A stretch of 64,000 nt of DNA from a virus. The stretch spans positions 805 to 64,804 of the IMG/VR virus record IMGVR_UViG_3300042195_000059; one strand, given 5' to 3'. This document shows positions 50,499-59,983 of this stretch, piece by piece; position 1 is the stretch's first letter, and every line of letters starts with the position of its first letter. The position numbers and the translations under genes were made by a program. Below the pieces are notes generated by a model. It searched no databases. It was not told the origin of the DNA and was given only the letters and a program-made list of their open reading frames with translations.

Positions 50499-50924
50499 TG
50501 TCTTGAATTCAGTGTAAAGCCATGCACAAATGGTTTTGTGTATCGCGGACCCTCACCCCAATGGGATGGAGGTGCCATCACCCTATGGGAGAGGGCTGGA
50601 TCACCTTCGACACGTGTCGAACATGTTAAGGGAACCCCGTTTCCCTTACCTTAGCGCTGGGATATGTAAAGGCTTCTTGCCCTACAAACGCTATCTGTAG
50701 GGCAATGCGGATTTACTTGCGGTGCGTTCAGTCGAACATTTTCAAATGTGCGCTGTCTCGAACATGCGGATTTATTGGACACGACTGCACGATGTCCAAT
50801 AAACTGGTTATTTAACCGGGCGGAAAAGGTACCTTATGGAACAGAAACCGTTGCTGCGTAAGGCTTTCAGGCTGGGTAAAACCGGACAAAAAACCGGGCA
50901 TAAATAGTGGTTTTAAACCACCAT

Positions 50925-51278
50925 TTACACCGCCACCCAGACGAAGTAACCAGCCCCGGCACCGGCGATCCCGCTTACAACCAACGGAATGAACGCCAGC
51001 GGCGCGGCAAACAGTGCGCTGAGCGATCCGATCACAAGCCCGATCGTCAGCAGGAGTATGGCAGCTTCGAAATATTCAGCTTTTGCCCGCGCCTGATTAC
51101 GCATGGTGCCCATGCGATCAATCACGGCGGACTGGCCTTTCAGTTCCAGCGTCATGACTTTCAGATCAATGCGTGAGGCCCGCGAGCGGTAATCGTCTTC
51201 CTTCATGGAGACGACGGCGAGAGCGCAGCCGAGAATGACGAGATAGAGCGCGGTGAGGGATTTGAGGCGGTCAACCAT
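50925..51278 (-). CDS. three-TM membrane protein, candidate holin
   Basis: Three hydrophobic helices; last gene of the lysis cassette. Confidence 0.45.
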   Translation of the reverse strand: MVDRLKSLTALYLVILGCALAVVSMKEDDYRSRASRIDLKVMTLELKGQSAVIDRMGTMRNQARAKAEYFEAAILLLTIGLVIGSLSALFAAPLAFIPLVVSGIAGAGAGYFVWVAV

Positions 51279-51537
51279 CTTTACAGAAACTCGGCTGTGG
51301 TTTCTTACAGGTGCATGCGTGCTTCCGATTATGCGCCCTCACTCCGTCCGCTGTTGGGATCGTATCATCGACGTGCCACGTTAGTTGCGAGAAGTCCTCG
51401 CAGGCCGTATTAACTACCTTTACGGCAGGTTGGACTTTGCTCGCAGAGCCGCACCCGATCAGGGCGAGCGGCAGGAGTAGGGGGAGTGCGGTCAGCAGCC
51501 TGACGCGCCTGCCTGCGTATGGCGTCGAGTTCATCAT
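51271..51537 (-). CDS. o-spanin (outer-membrane lipoprotein, Rz1-like)
   Basis: Track ORF trimmed to ATG 51537. Signal peptide with lipobox LALIGC. It starts inside the i-spanin gene in another frame. Confidence 0.65.
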   Translation of the reverse strand: MMNSTPYAGRRVRLLTALPLLLPLALIGCGSASKVQPAVKVVNTACEDFSQLTWHVDDTIPTADGVRAHNRKHACTCKKPQPSFCKDG

Positions 51538-51694
51538 TTGCCTCTTGGATCTGGGTCTGCCAATGGATATCGCGCGCGGTGACCGCTGCGGCTTTACCAT
51601 TTGCCCCGGTGGAATATCCATGTGTCCATATAGAGATGATTGCGCCAGCGCCAGCGAGCGCCGCAATCAGGTACTTGCTTCCAAAGCCAAGCAT
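51410..51694 (-). CDS. i-spanin (Rz-like)
   Basis: N-terminal TM helix KYLIAALAGAGAIISIW followed by a helical periplasmic part. Overlaps the o-spanin ORF by 128 nt. Confidence 0.65.
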   Translation of the reverse strand: MLGFGSKYLIAALAGAGAIISIWTHGYSTGANGKAAAVTARDIHWQTQIQEANDELDAIRRQARQAADRTPPTPAARPDRVRLCEQSPTCRKGS

Positions 51695-52449
51695 CAGCGG
51701 CCTTTCTCGCGATTGTCGTCATAGCGTGCCCACACGATCAGCAGGAAGGCAGCAATCGACAGCGCGCTGGTCAGCAGCATCAGTTGCGGCAGCGACGTTC
51801 CCAGATCCTTCAAGACACCGATGATGCCCATGATCTGGGTTTGGCTATCCAAGATCGCCGTGCCGGTCGCGCCCGCCGAGACAATGCCGAGCGCGGCAGA
51901 TTGCACCGTCCGGGAATTCATCGCTGTGGATGGCTTCCTGTAGCCGAGCAGCCGCGATTTCGCCTGCGGGGCGATGCTGACCTGATTGGACTGATTGCCA
52001 CCCAGCACCTGCACGTTGCCGCCAGATTCGCCGACGTAGAAACCAACGTGCCCCGTCCAGCTTCTGGGATCGCCTCTTGAAAAGACTGCGATGCAACCCG
52101 GATAGGGTTTGTCCACCGGCTTGCCCCATGTTAGAAAGGAGCGTGCTGCGAGTGACTTTGATCCGGCATATCCGGCGCGCTGAAGCATCGCGTTTGTAAA
52201 GCCGGCGCACCAAGCCGTTTCATCGTCATTGATCTCCGGGAAACCAGCGTCGCGGAAATAGGCAAGCACCGATGGATTGTGCTCCGGCCCGACTACTTCC
52301 TTGGTCCCGATCTCAGATCGAGCCAGCCTCATCCACTTCGGCTCACCGGACACCGGCTCATCTGCCGACTTCTCCGGCCTCGGAACCGTAGCCTTCCCGC
52401 CGAATATAGCGGCAAAGATCGCCTTGATGATGTCAATCAACCATTGCAT
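51694..52449 (-). CDS. endolysin (NlpC/P60-CHAP-like, TIGR02594-type) with hydrophobic N- and C-terminal segments
   Basis: Motifs DETAWCAGFTN (Cys) and WTGHVGFYVG (His). The N-terminus WLIDIIKAIFAAIFGG is weakly hydrophobic. C-terminal TM helix LMLLTSALSIAAFLLIVW. Confidence 0.7.
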   Translation of the reverse strand: MQWLIDIIKAIFAAIFGGKATVPRPEKSADEPVSGEPKWMRLARSEIGTKEVVGPEHNPSVLAYFRDAGFPEINDDETAWCAGFTNAMLQRAGYAGSKSLAARSFLTWGKPVDKPYPGCIAVFSRGDPRSWTGHVGFYVGESGGNVQVLGGNQSNQVSIAPQAKSRLLGYRKPSTAMNSRTVQSAALGIVSAGATGTAILDSQTQIMGIIGVLKDLGTSLPQLMLLTSALSIAAFLLIVWARYDDNREKGR

Positions 52450-52469
52450 TCGCTATGTCCTTCTGGCTT

Positions 52470-52498
52470 TTCAAAGAAAAAGCCCCTGAGAAGGGGCT
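52470..52498 (-). terminator. intrinsic terminator/attenuator just upstream of the lysis cassette
   Basis: Minus-strand sense: AGCCCCT-TCTC-AGGGGCT followed by TTTTTCTTT. Confidence 0.55.
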
Positions 52499-52693
52499 GG
52501 ATTTGAGATTGCTTGGTTCAAGTCAATCTTGTAAAAGACTGCTTCTCATGTTAGGCAATAAATCCATTTATGCCCATAGATGGAACGCAGGCCCGCTCCT
52601 CTTTTATCTCAAGAGGGGAGCGGGCTTTCTAATGTTTGGATCATGTCGTGTGCGGCGGCAAGTCTGCCATATCGGGATTGCTGGCGTCCATGT

Positions 52694-53413
52694 TCACGCC
52701 ATTTGCAGATAACAACTCACGAGCCCATTGGTCCCTTCGTCGTCCATATCCACAGTCGTGTCTTGCGGCGCTGAATTGTAGATTCTGAATTTCAGAAACA
52801 GGATGGTATCGGGATTAATTTCCCCGCCTGCCGCTGGGGTAAATGTACGTGGGTCAACCCCGCCTGTGCCGTAATATGCAGCGATTACCACCAAGGGGGC
52901 ATCACCCCCGGACGCAGCGACATTCTGGCTCGATGGATTTCCCGTTGTGCCCTCGCTGTTGACTGTAGAAGGCGTGATCATTGTCGCCGCCGGAGAACGC
53001 CGGAACACCGCCAACGCCTTCTTGTTTGCAAAGACAGGATCAATCCCCGCGATTGATGTACTACCTTCGCTTCCGTCAGCCTCCTTATAGCTGACAACCA
53101 TTGCGGTCGTAGCGGAGGGGGTGAAACTAGCAAGCGCAGTAAAGTCCGTCGGCGTAGCAGGAGTGACAGCCCCGAAATCCTGACCGATATCGGCAAGGAC
53201 CAGTAAATCGCCAGCCTGAATGTTAGGAGGCACCGTGATTGTATCATCAGTGCTAACGGCTGAATCGAAAAAAAGAATAGCTGCAGCGGACGAAGCAGCC
53301 ATCATCAGCCCCGGAAACATCCCCGGCAAAAAGCTCGCCTTCTGAACAGGCGCGGGCCGGATGATTGCAGGCTTTGCAGGCAGCCAGATTTTCGGCGGAA
53401 GATCCCAGATCAT
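52694..53413 (-). CDS. tail-associated protein (239 aa)
   Basis: ATGA-coupled to the collagen-like fibre gene. Confidence 0.5.
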   Translation of the reverse strand: MIWDLPPKIWLPAKPAIIRPAPVQKASFLPGMFPGLMMAASSAAAILFFDSAVSTDDTITVPPNIQAGDLLVLADIGQDFGAVTPATPTDFTALASFTPSATTAMVVSYKEADGSEGSTSIAGIDPVFANKKALAVFRRSPAATMITPSTVNSEGTTGNPSSQNVAASGGDAPLVVIAAYYGTGGVDPRTFTPAAGGEINPDTILFLKFRIYNSAPQDTTVDMDDEGTNGLVSCYLQMA

Positions 53414-54837
53414 GCCGGACTCCCATCAACCGCAGTCACGATGAACTGACCGGTCGCGCGGCAATAAATCGTAAGCAGATAGCCCTTCGTCGTCGTGATA
53501 TCGTCGAGCGTTGGCGGTGCGCCGCCATACTCACTGCCGAAAGTAAGCGTGTCCGGTCCGCCATCACTAATGACGAACACCGTTCGGAACGTGCCGGGGA
53601 TTTCATTGGTAGGATTGCCGAGAATGCGATTCGTGGTGAGCGTCAGCGTGAAGTTGATTCCCGCCGTCCAGTCGATTGCGACGGTGGCGGCATCTGTGAG
53701 CGCCACGAGGGCGTTCGCTGTTTGCAAATCTTGCGCCGTGATGGCGTGAGCGCCTGATGTGGCGGCGTAGATTTCTGCATCTGTTGCCAGATCAACGATG
53801 CCTTCTGTGCCCTCAGTCGCTGTCGCGGGGGTTGGTCCAGTTGGGCCGGTCGGCCCAGTCGCTCCCGTGACGCCCGTGGGACCAGTCGGGCCTGTAACGC
53901 CAGTTGGCCCCGTTGCGCCAAGGTCTCCGGCTCGCGCAAATTCCAGAACGCAAGGATCAGTGTTTGATAGCGTTCCAGCGCTCACGACATGAGTTAGTGC
54001 GAGCTGCGTCCAACCAGTATCGTCTGTACTGGCTCCGGTAATATTATATATCGCAAAATTTGCCGGGTCAGCGATCTGCTTGATATATAGCGTACCGCGA
54101 ACCGAATTCGTACTATCATCCCATGCGAGGATGGCGTTGGTCACCGCTGGATTGCCTGTATCAGCAGAATTATCCGATACAGCCGCTGCTGTGACTGAGG
54201 CGAGCGTCGCATTGTTGAGGCGGAAATCACCGGCCCCAGGGTCAGCCATGGCGGTCGCGCTGTCGAACAGGAACCGATAACCGGGATGCGCACCATCAAC
54301 GCCGGTTGGCCCTGTCGGTCCTGTTGCGCCGGTCGGCCCAGTGACACCAGTCGGCCCCGTTGGCCCGGTAACACCAGTGGGGCCAGTTGGCCCCGTTGCG
54401 CCAGTGACCCCCGTTGGTCCGGTAGGTCCAGTTGCGCCAGTCGGGCCTCCTGATGGCCCTGTCGGACCTTCCGGCCCTGTCGGTCCCGTTGGACCCGTTG
54501 GACCCGTTAACCCTGTTGACGCGTCAACCAAGCGCCCGCCAGTCAAGATCAGATCGCCGCCGTCGCCGTCGCAAAATATCGAAAGATGCGTCTCGCCAGC
54601 GAGAACCCCTATATAAGCAGGATCAGCCGTAGACCCCGGCAAAAGCCGCATCGACGTGTCTTTGTCGCCCGTGACCGTACCGTCGCCGAGCTTGATCCAT
54701 ATCGCATCCATGTTCCCCTGACGCGAGGTCAGGCGGATCATCGGAGCATCAGCAGGCAGCGGCGGGAGTTCGACGCGTTGATCCGTTTGCGTGACGGTGA
54801 TTATATCACCATCACCCAAGGGGGCGAATATCGTCAT
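53410..54837 (-). CDS. tail fibre with collagen-like Gly-X-Y repeats
   Basis: (GPT/GAT/GVT)n blocks at aa 109-182 (nt 54292-54513) and aa 307-335 (nt 53833-53919). Confidence 0.75.
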   Translation of the reverse strand: MTIFAPLGDGDIITVTQTDQRVELPPLPADAPMIRLTSRQGNMDAIWIKLGDGTVTGDKDTSMRLLPGSTADPAYIGVLAGETHLSIFCDGDGGDLILTGGRLVDASTGLTGPTGPTGPTGPEGPTGPSGGPTGATGPTGPTGVTGATGPTGPTGVTGPTGPTGVTGPTGATGPTGPTGVDGAHPGYRFLFDSATAMADPGAGDFRLNNATLASVTAAAVSDNSADTGNPAVTNAILAWDDSTNSVRGTLYIKQIADPANFAIYNITGASTDDTGWTQLALTHVVSAGTLSNTDPCVLEFARAGDLGATGPTGVTGPTGPTGVTGATGPTGPTGPTPATATEGTEGIVDLATDAEIYAATSGAHAITAQDLQTANALVALTDAATVAIDWTAGINFTLTLTTNRILGNPTNEIPGTFRTVFVISDGGPDTLTFGSEYGGAPPTLDDITTTKGYLLTIYCRATGQFIVTAVDGSPA

Positions 54838-54852
54838 GTTGTGTGGAGATCC

Positions 54853-55926
54853 TTAGAGGGCGTAGAAGCCGTCACCCCAGAGGGTGGCCAATCTTTCGAA
54901 ATGGGTCTGGTATTTTTGCGCGACGGTATCGGTCGAATAGAGACTTACGGCGCGGTCTCGGATATAATGCGGATCGAGATCACGCACAGCGTCAGCCGCC
55001 GCCATGAACTCTTTGAGCGTGTGGCATCTGAACCCGGTCTTGCCGTCTTCGACGGTCTCTGTCGCGGCCCCGAATGGGGTGGCAATGACAGGGGTGCCGC
55101 AAAGCTGGGCTTCAACCGCCACATTTCCGAAGCACTCGACATACAGCGAAGGCATCCAGAGCGCCTGCGCCCCGGACATGAGCCGCCCGCGCTCCTCCGG
55201 TCCGACGACGCCGACATATTCGATATGATCGCCCTTTGGCGGCTCGCCCTGCCCGGCGATGATGAGGCGCTTTCCTAGGCGTTGGCAGGCTTCAACGGCT
55301 ATGCCGTAGCCTTTGCGCTCGATCAACCTGCCCATGAACAGATGGTAATCGTCTTTCTCCGCACGGAAGGGGAAATCCCTAGGATCGAATGAGCCAGGAA
55401 TGACGCAATCAAACAGGAGACCATCAATCGCGTTCGGATTGCTGTTTGCCGATCCCCAGCACAGATGCTGCCACGCCGCCGATTCCCAAATCCGATACTT
55501 GGCAAAGGTGCCGCCATAGCCGATACTATGTTCGACGGTCATCATGTGAGGGAAAGCGTCGGCAATTTCCTTGTGAGCCAGACCGCCCTGCACGCAGATG
55601 AAATCATGAGGCTGGGCGCGCGCTCTGATACCCTCGATTGCGCGCTGATTAAATGCCCGCCAATGTGGCAAGCTATAGTCGAAACTCGCTTCCACAAAAT
55701 GTTTCGGCCCGACCGCTGCGGCGCGTTCTTCCTCGGAGATGCAAGGAATATGCTCTGTGCATTCTGCATCGCTCTCAGGCCCGGCGTAGAGAAACACCTC
55801 GTGGCCGTTCGTCGAGTGCATCATTCCACAGAACTTCCGCACTCTCTCGGTAAACGCACAAGCTGTGAAAGCTTCCGTAACGGAAGTATGCGGGAGTCCA
55901 ACACAGTGTATGCGAAATTTTTGCAT
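54853..55926 (-). CDS. GT-B (GT1/GT4-like) glycosyltransferase
   Basis: Track ORF trimmed to ATG 55926. The C-terminal half LFMGRLIERKGY...PSLYVECFGNVAVEAQLCGTPVIATPFGAATETV carries the E-x7-E-type GT4 signature. Confidence 0.7.
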   Translation of the reverse strand: MQKFRIHCVGLPHTSVTEAFTACAFTERVRKFCGMMHSTNGHEVFLYAGPESDAECTEHIPCISEEERAAAVGPKHFVEASFDYSLPHWRAFNQRAIEGIRARAQPHDFICVQGGLAHKEIADAFPHMMTVEHSIGYGGTFAKYRIWESAAWQHLCWGSANSNPNAIDGLLFDCVIPGSFDPRDFPFRAEKDDYHLFMGRLIERKGYGIAVEACQRLGKRLIIAGQGEPPKGDHIEYVGVVGPEERGRLMSGAQALWMPSLYVECFGNVAVEAQLCGTPVIATPFGAATETVEDGKTGFRCHTLKEFMAAADAVRDLDPHYIRDRAVSLYSTDTVAQKYQTHFERLATLWGDGFYAL

Positions 55927-56078
55927 ATTTGTTTGCTGCTTGCTTTCTGGCGGATGTTTTGTAGAGTTTGTTGCCGCGTTTTTAAAGCGCTGCAACGTGC
56001 AATTTGCATCTATTTTTATGGGCAAGTGATTTGTTGGTTTTATTGAAAAAGAGCTTACCATTTTACAGTGCGTGCGCC

Positions 56079-56732
56079 ATGAACTGTGGGGTCAAGCTTC
56101 CCTTGGACACTAAGATCATGTCGAGAAAAGTCCGTCGAGGACTACGCAAGGGAACCTATGAGATTGAAGAGGCTGAAGCAGCCAGAGATCTTTTTCTCGC
56201 AAATGACACTGTACTGGAACTCGGTGCTGGTATCGGCTTCATGTCTAGCTATCTGCGCAAATACACAGGTGTTGGGCGAATTGTTGCATATGAAGCTGAC
56301 GCCAGGCTAATCCCTTGCATCGAGCGCACTCACACGCTAAACGACGTCACCTCGATTGAAGTTCACAACGCTGTCGTTACGCATTCAGATGGCTCTGGAG
56401 CACTGCCTTTCTATATCAGAGATGAGTTTTGGGCCAGCTCGCTCTCGCCAAATCAGAAAGGGGTTGTTAATACGACATCGGTCCCAACAAAGAATTGGGC
56501 CGAGGTGCTTGCAGACATCAGGCCGACTGCGTTGGTCATGGACATTGAAGGCGGTGAAGTAGATCTGCTGGAAAATTGCGACTTGGGGTCTATCGACCGC
56601 GCTGTCATAGAACTTCACCCATCGAGAGGCGGCATTATCGGAATGGCGAAAGTATATACTGCCATCGTTAATCAGGGATTCACTCTCATCAGGGAGAGTG
56701 CAGATCGATCTGTGATTTCCATACGGCGGTAA
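56079..56732 (+). CDS. FkbM-family methyltransferase
   Basis: Motifs VLELGAGIGFMSSY...AYEADARL...LVMDIEGGEVDLL. The start is uncertain (56079 or 56118). It is divergent from the glycosyltransferase gene. Confidence 0.7.
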   Translation: MNCGVKLPLDTKIMSRKVRRGLRKGTYEIEEAEAARDLFLANDTVLELGAGIGFMSSYLRKYTGVGRIVAYEADARLIPCIERTHTLNDVTSIEVHNAVVTHSDGSGALPFYIRDEFWASSLSPNQKGVVNTTSVPTKNWAEVLADIRPTALVMDIEGGEVDLLENCDLGSIDRAVIELHPSRGGIIGMAKVYTAIVNQGFTLIRESADRSVISIRR

Positions 56733-56741
56733 AGGCGCACT

Positions 56742-58010
56742 TTAGTTCGCATTAACTGCATCTACCCAGCCGAGGCAGGCTAACCTGCTTGCGCTTATGG
56801 CGCCGACCCAAAAAAGATCTGATGTCTCCAGCGTGATATAAGCTACGTTGGAACTGGCAGCGCCTGACCCGGTGTCTAAAACCAGAAAAGGCGAGTTTGT
56901 CGCATCGTCAAACGCACCTGTGTCATCATTGGGAGAAACCATTGTCGTGCCATTGATCGCATGCACACGTACTTGTATAATGGGCGCGGTAGGCGGTACG
57001 TAAGATCCAGTTGCTACCGCGACATAGGTAGGGTTGGATCTATTGCCAGCGACACCGGAAGCCATAATCGGATAATTCGGCGTCGTGGAACCGGTAACGA
57101 CCACATATTGCGCCCGGTTACCGACCTGCCTGACCCTGGTGAACGTCGCGCTACCACCTGTCCGTATCGCCCCGACGCGGTATTTATAGGTATAGCCGCT
57201 CGGCATGGTCGGTGTTGTGGCGGATGTGCTGGCCAGCCCTGCCGTCGTAGTGCCGTTGCTGATAATGAATAAGTTGTACCACGTATTGTTCGCAAGCGAG
57301 CCAGCATCAAGACCATTCGCGCCGGTTCCTGCGCACGCGACCGTAAGGTTGACAGAGCTTATCAAGATCGCGTTGTTGGACGTATCAAGCAGAATTGCAT
57401 TATCTGCATCGATATCGATCGAGGTCGTCGGCGTTCCCGAATTGTTGGTGATAACGAGAGCATTGACGGCTGGCAATGCCGCAATGCCGAGACTGGCGCG
57501 CGCCGTCGCCCCGCTCTCAGCAACCCAGTTTGATCCATCCCCGACAATGATATTGCCGTCTGTCGGCGTCAGTGCGGCGATATCGTCGAGTTGATCATCA
57601 TGCGCTTGCACATCCGTTCCGATTACATGGCCGGTTATGTCTCCCGTGACCGTCAGAGCGCCATCGATTTGCGCGTCGCCGGCAACATCAATGTCATCGA
57701 GCGCAAAGAGCTTGCCTGCATCGTCGATATAAACCCGCTCACTCCCCGCCGTGGCAAAGCCGAGACTGTCCGCGCCCTTCCGGTACATACCGGTGTTCGG
57801 GTCCGAGGCGAAGCCATAAGCGGGCGCTGCCGCCGATCCGTTCGCCCCCTTCAGAGCACCCGTCAGCGTCGTTTGACCGTCAGCCGCTACGGAGTTCGTG
57901 ATCTCGTCGCCTGCGTCCGTGAAGTTGGCATTCACAGCCGAACTTGATATTGTCGTCGCTGGCGTAAAGCTGTTTGGCACCGAGTATGTGCCGGACCCGT
58001 TTCTGCTCAT
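56742..58010 (-). CDS. tail fibre / receptor-binding protein
   Basis: The N-terminus MSRNGSGTYSVPNSFTPATTISSSAVNANFTD... is typical of alphaproteobacterial phage fibre proteins. Gly/Thr/Ala-rich overall. Confidence 0.65.
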   Translation of the reverse strand: MSRNGSGTYSVPNSFTPATTISSSAVNANFTDAGDEITNSVAADGQTTLTGALKGANGSAAAPAYGFASDPNTGMYRKGADSLGFATAGSERVYIDDAGKLFALDDIDVAGDAQIDGALTVTGDITGHVIGTDVQAHDDQLDDIAALTPTDGNIIVGDGSNWVAESGATARASLGIAALPAVNALVITNNSGTPTTSIDIDADNAILLDTSNNAILISSVNLTVACAGTGANGLDAGSLANNTWYNLFIISNGTTTAGLASTSATTPTMPSGYTYKYRVGAIRTGGSATFTRVRQVGNRAQYVVVTGSTTPNYPIMASGVAGNRSNPTYVAVATGSYVPPTAPIIQVRVHAINGTTMVSPNDDTGAFDDATNSPFLVLDTGSGAASSNVAYITLETSDLFWVGAISASRLACLGWVDAVNAN

Positions 58011-58035
58011 ATCATTTTCCTTGTGGCTTGGCCGG

Positions 58036-59667
58036 TCACATTGCCCCCTGCTGTGCTGCGATGTGGTTGAGGTAGCTCGCGATCAATTCCGGCGGCACGC
58101 CCTCATTGATGAGCATCTGGACTTCTGACGGATCGTTTTGAGGGATGGACTGTGGATCGCGTGGGATCTGCCCTCTTGCCGGGTTCGGTGGCGGCATCTG
58201 GGCCATGTCATAGGCCTCCTTGGGATACCCGCCGACAAACTGTGAAACTTCCGGCATGTTGCGCGCCGTCCAGTTGCGCGCCATGTTCGTTTCTTCCGGC
58301 GTGTAATCTGTCATTTCAGCGGCGGCAGTCGGCATCATCATCTGCATGCCGCCGCCCATTGCCTTCATCGCAGTCGGGGCATAATTGGCAAGCGTGTTGG
58401 CAAGCTTGCGGCCGCCTGCGTATCCTGTCACGCCCATTGCGCCGCCGGTCAGACCGCGCGCCGTTTCGTCGAGCGCTCCGACTGTGCTCCCGTCAGCAGC
58501 CTGCGCATCGCCTGTTGCCAGATCATAGCCGACTAGCCCTGCAACAAGCGGCCCGGCAACGCCGACTTTCGGAAGCTTCTTGACGCGCGATGCAATCGTG
58601 CGCTTACCGCCGTGCTCGATATTCGCATCGGCTAGCGCTATCGCAAGATCGGATTTCGTCATCTTGCTGCGGCCGGGGATTTTCAGATCCTTGGCCTGCT
58701 GATACATGTAGGCTTTGGTGCCGGGGGAGAGCGCCGTTGGCTGGGGATCGGAAAGCGTCTTGGCCAGCGTGCCCTCTATGGTCTTTGAGGCCGCTGGCTG
58801 TGCCGGGCCGCGCCTAAGCTGATCAGACTCAATGATGGCGATGGATTTAGCGTCTGGGGCAACGCCGGGATTGACGGCATACGATCCGCCCTTTTCGAGA
58901 ATCCCGGTTCCTGCGCCCATCATCCCCCAGCCAAGCGCCTGATTTGCCTGATCCGCATAATAGGAGTCACCGCCCTCATCGCCAAAGGCCAGCAGCGCGC
59001 CCTTGCCGAGCATAGCGCCGCCGCCGATTGTGTGTGGTAGTTGACGGCCAAAGACCCGCAATGCGGAGTTGCGGGACGGCATCGCACCGGATCGCTCTGC
59101 GCCAGTGCGCGCTCCCTTCGTTGTCGTGCGGCCTGCCATGCGATCGTCGGCAACGCCCTGTAGAACCTGATTACGCGATGTCTGAGAAACATTCGCTTCG
59201 CGGTTTGCTAAAGCGCCGAGCTTGCGTCCACCAAGATACCCAGCGGCAGGTGCAAGGCTGTGCGCGGCAATGTTTGAGGTGATGCCCCAGCCTGAACCAG
59301 CATCCTCCTGATACTGCTTCTTGCGCGCAGTGTCGATTTGGAGCGCTTCCGTTTCAGCATCACCCTTCTTGCCCTGCTGTTCAAGCTGTAGCCGCTGATT
59401 GGCGAGTTCCTGCTCCCGCAATCTGTCGGTCCGCGCCTGCGCTTCAGCCTCTTGTTGATTTGCCCGCTGCTCCAGTTGTCTGGTATACTGAAGTTTGTAC
59501 TGGTTGAGGGCCTTGACGGTTCCGCTTTCTTTAGGCTTCTTTCCAAGCGATCCGTCGATTGAGCCATCGTAAAGACCCTTGCGCTGCAATTCTGTCTGCG
59601 CGGCGCGGATCTGTTCTGGCTTGCCAGAATCTATCATTTCCTGTAACTGGATCGGGTCTATATCCAT
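58036..59667 (-). CDS. internal virion/ejection protein with N-terminal peptidoglycan-binding-like motif
   Basis: Motif AAQTELQRKGLYDGSIDGSLGKK...VKALNQYK, then a coiled coil and a Gly/Ala-rich remainder. Confidence 0.5.
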   Translation of the reverse strand: MDIDPIQLQEMIDSGKPEQIRAAQTELQRKGLYDGSIDGSLGKKPKESGTVKALNQYKLQYTRQLEQRANQQEAEAQARTDRLREQELANQRLQLEQQGKKGDAETEALQIDTARKKQYQEDAGSGWGITSNIAAHSLAPAAGYLGGRKLGALANREANVSQTSRNQVLQGVADDRMAGRTTTKGARTGAERSGAMPSRNSALRVFGRQLPHTIGGGAMLGKGALLAFGDEGGDSYYADQANQALGWGMMGAGTGILEKGGSYAVNPGVAPDAKSIAIIESDQLRRGPAQPAASKTIEGTLAKTLSDPQPTALSPGTKAYMYQQAKDLKIPGRSKMTKSDLAIALADANIEHGGKRTIASRVKKLPKVGVAGPLVAGLVGYDLATGDAQAADGSTVGALDETARGLTGGAMGVTGYAGGRKLANTLANYAPTAMKAMGGGMQMMMPTAAAEMTDYTPEETNMARNWTARNMPEVSQFVGGYPKEAYDMAQMPPPNPARGQIPRDPQSIPQNDPSEVQMLINEGVPPELIASYLNHIAAQQGAM

Positions 59668-59678
59668 GAGGACACCTT

Positions 59679-59900
59679 ATGATTAGAGAGATTGTTTACG
59701 AGGAGACCTCTAGAGGGGTCATGGAGCCCAAGCCATCGCCGCACCAACGCCGGAAGATGCGCGAAGCAGAAAAGCGCAAGGCTGAAAAACGCGAAGCTTT
59801 CTGGGGTAATCTGTTCGGCACTCTTGGCTTGCTTCTGGCATTTGCCATGTGGGCACTAGGTTCATGGCTTGCTTTCGGTGGAGGCGCACGCTATCTGTGA
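59679..59900 (+). CDS. small membrane protein (73 aa)
   Basis: GAGGA lies 6 nt upstream. C-terminal TM helices LFGTLGLLLAFAMWALGSWLAF. Confidence 0.5.
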   Translation: MIREIVYEETSRGVMEPKPSPHQRRKMREAEKRKAEKREAFWGNLFGTLGLLLAFAMWALGSWLAFGGGARYL

Positions 59901-59983
59901 TTGATCCCTGCCATCCGGCCTTGGACTGGCTGGAATTCTTCGCCCTTAACATCGCCCCGTTCATGATCGTGTATCTGCAATGA
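59897..59983 (+). CDS. micro-ORF (28 aa, GTG start)
   Basis: GTGA overlap with the upstream stop and ATGA overlap with the downstream start. Hydrophobic: (M)IDPCHPALDWLEFFALNIAPFMIVYLQ. Confidence 0.3.
   Translation: MIDPCHPALDWLEFFALNIAPFMIVYLQ

Noticed and set aside
53800-54530. Short-period DNA repeats that could be mistaken for a tandem-repeat locus or a CRISPR array
   Set aside because: The 9-nt periodicity (GGNCCNACN) is the coding signature of collagen-like Gly-X-Y triplets inside a long intact ORF. There are no unique spacers.
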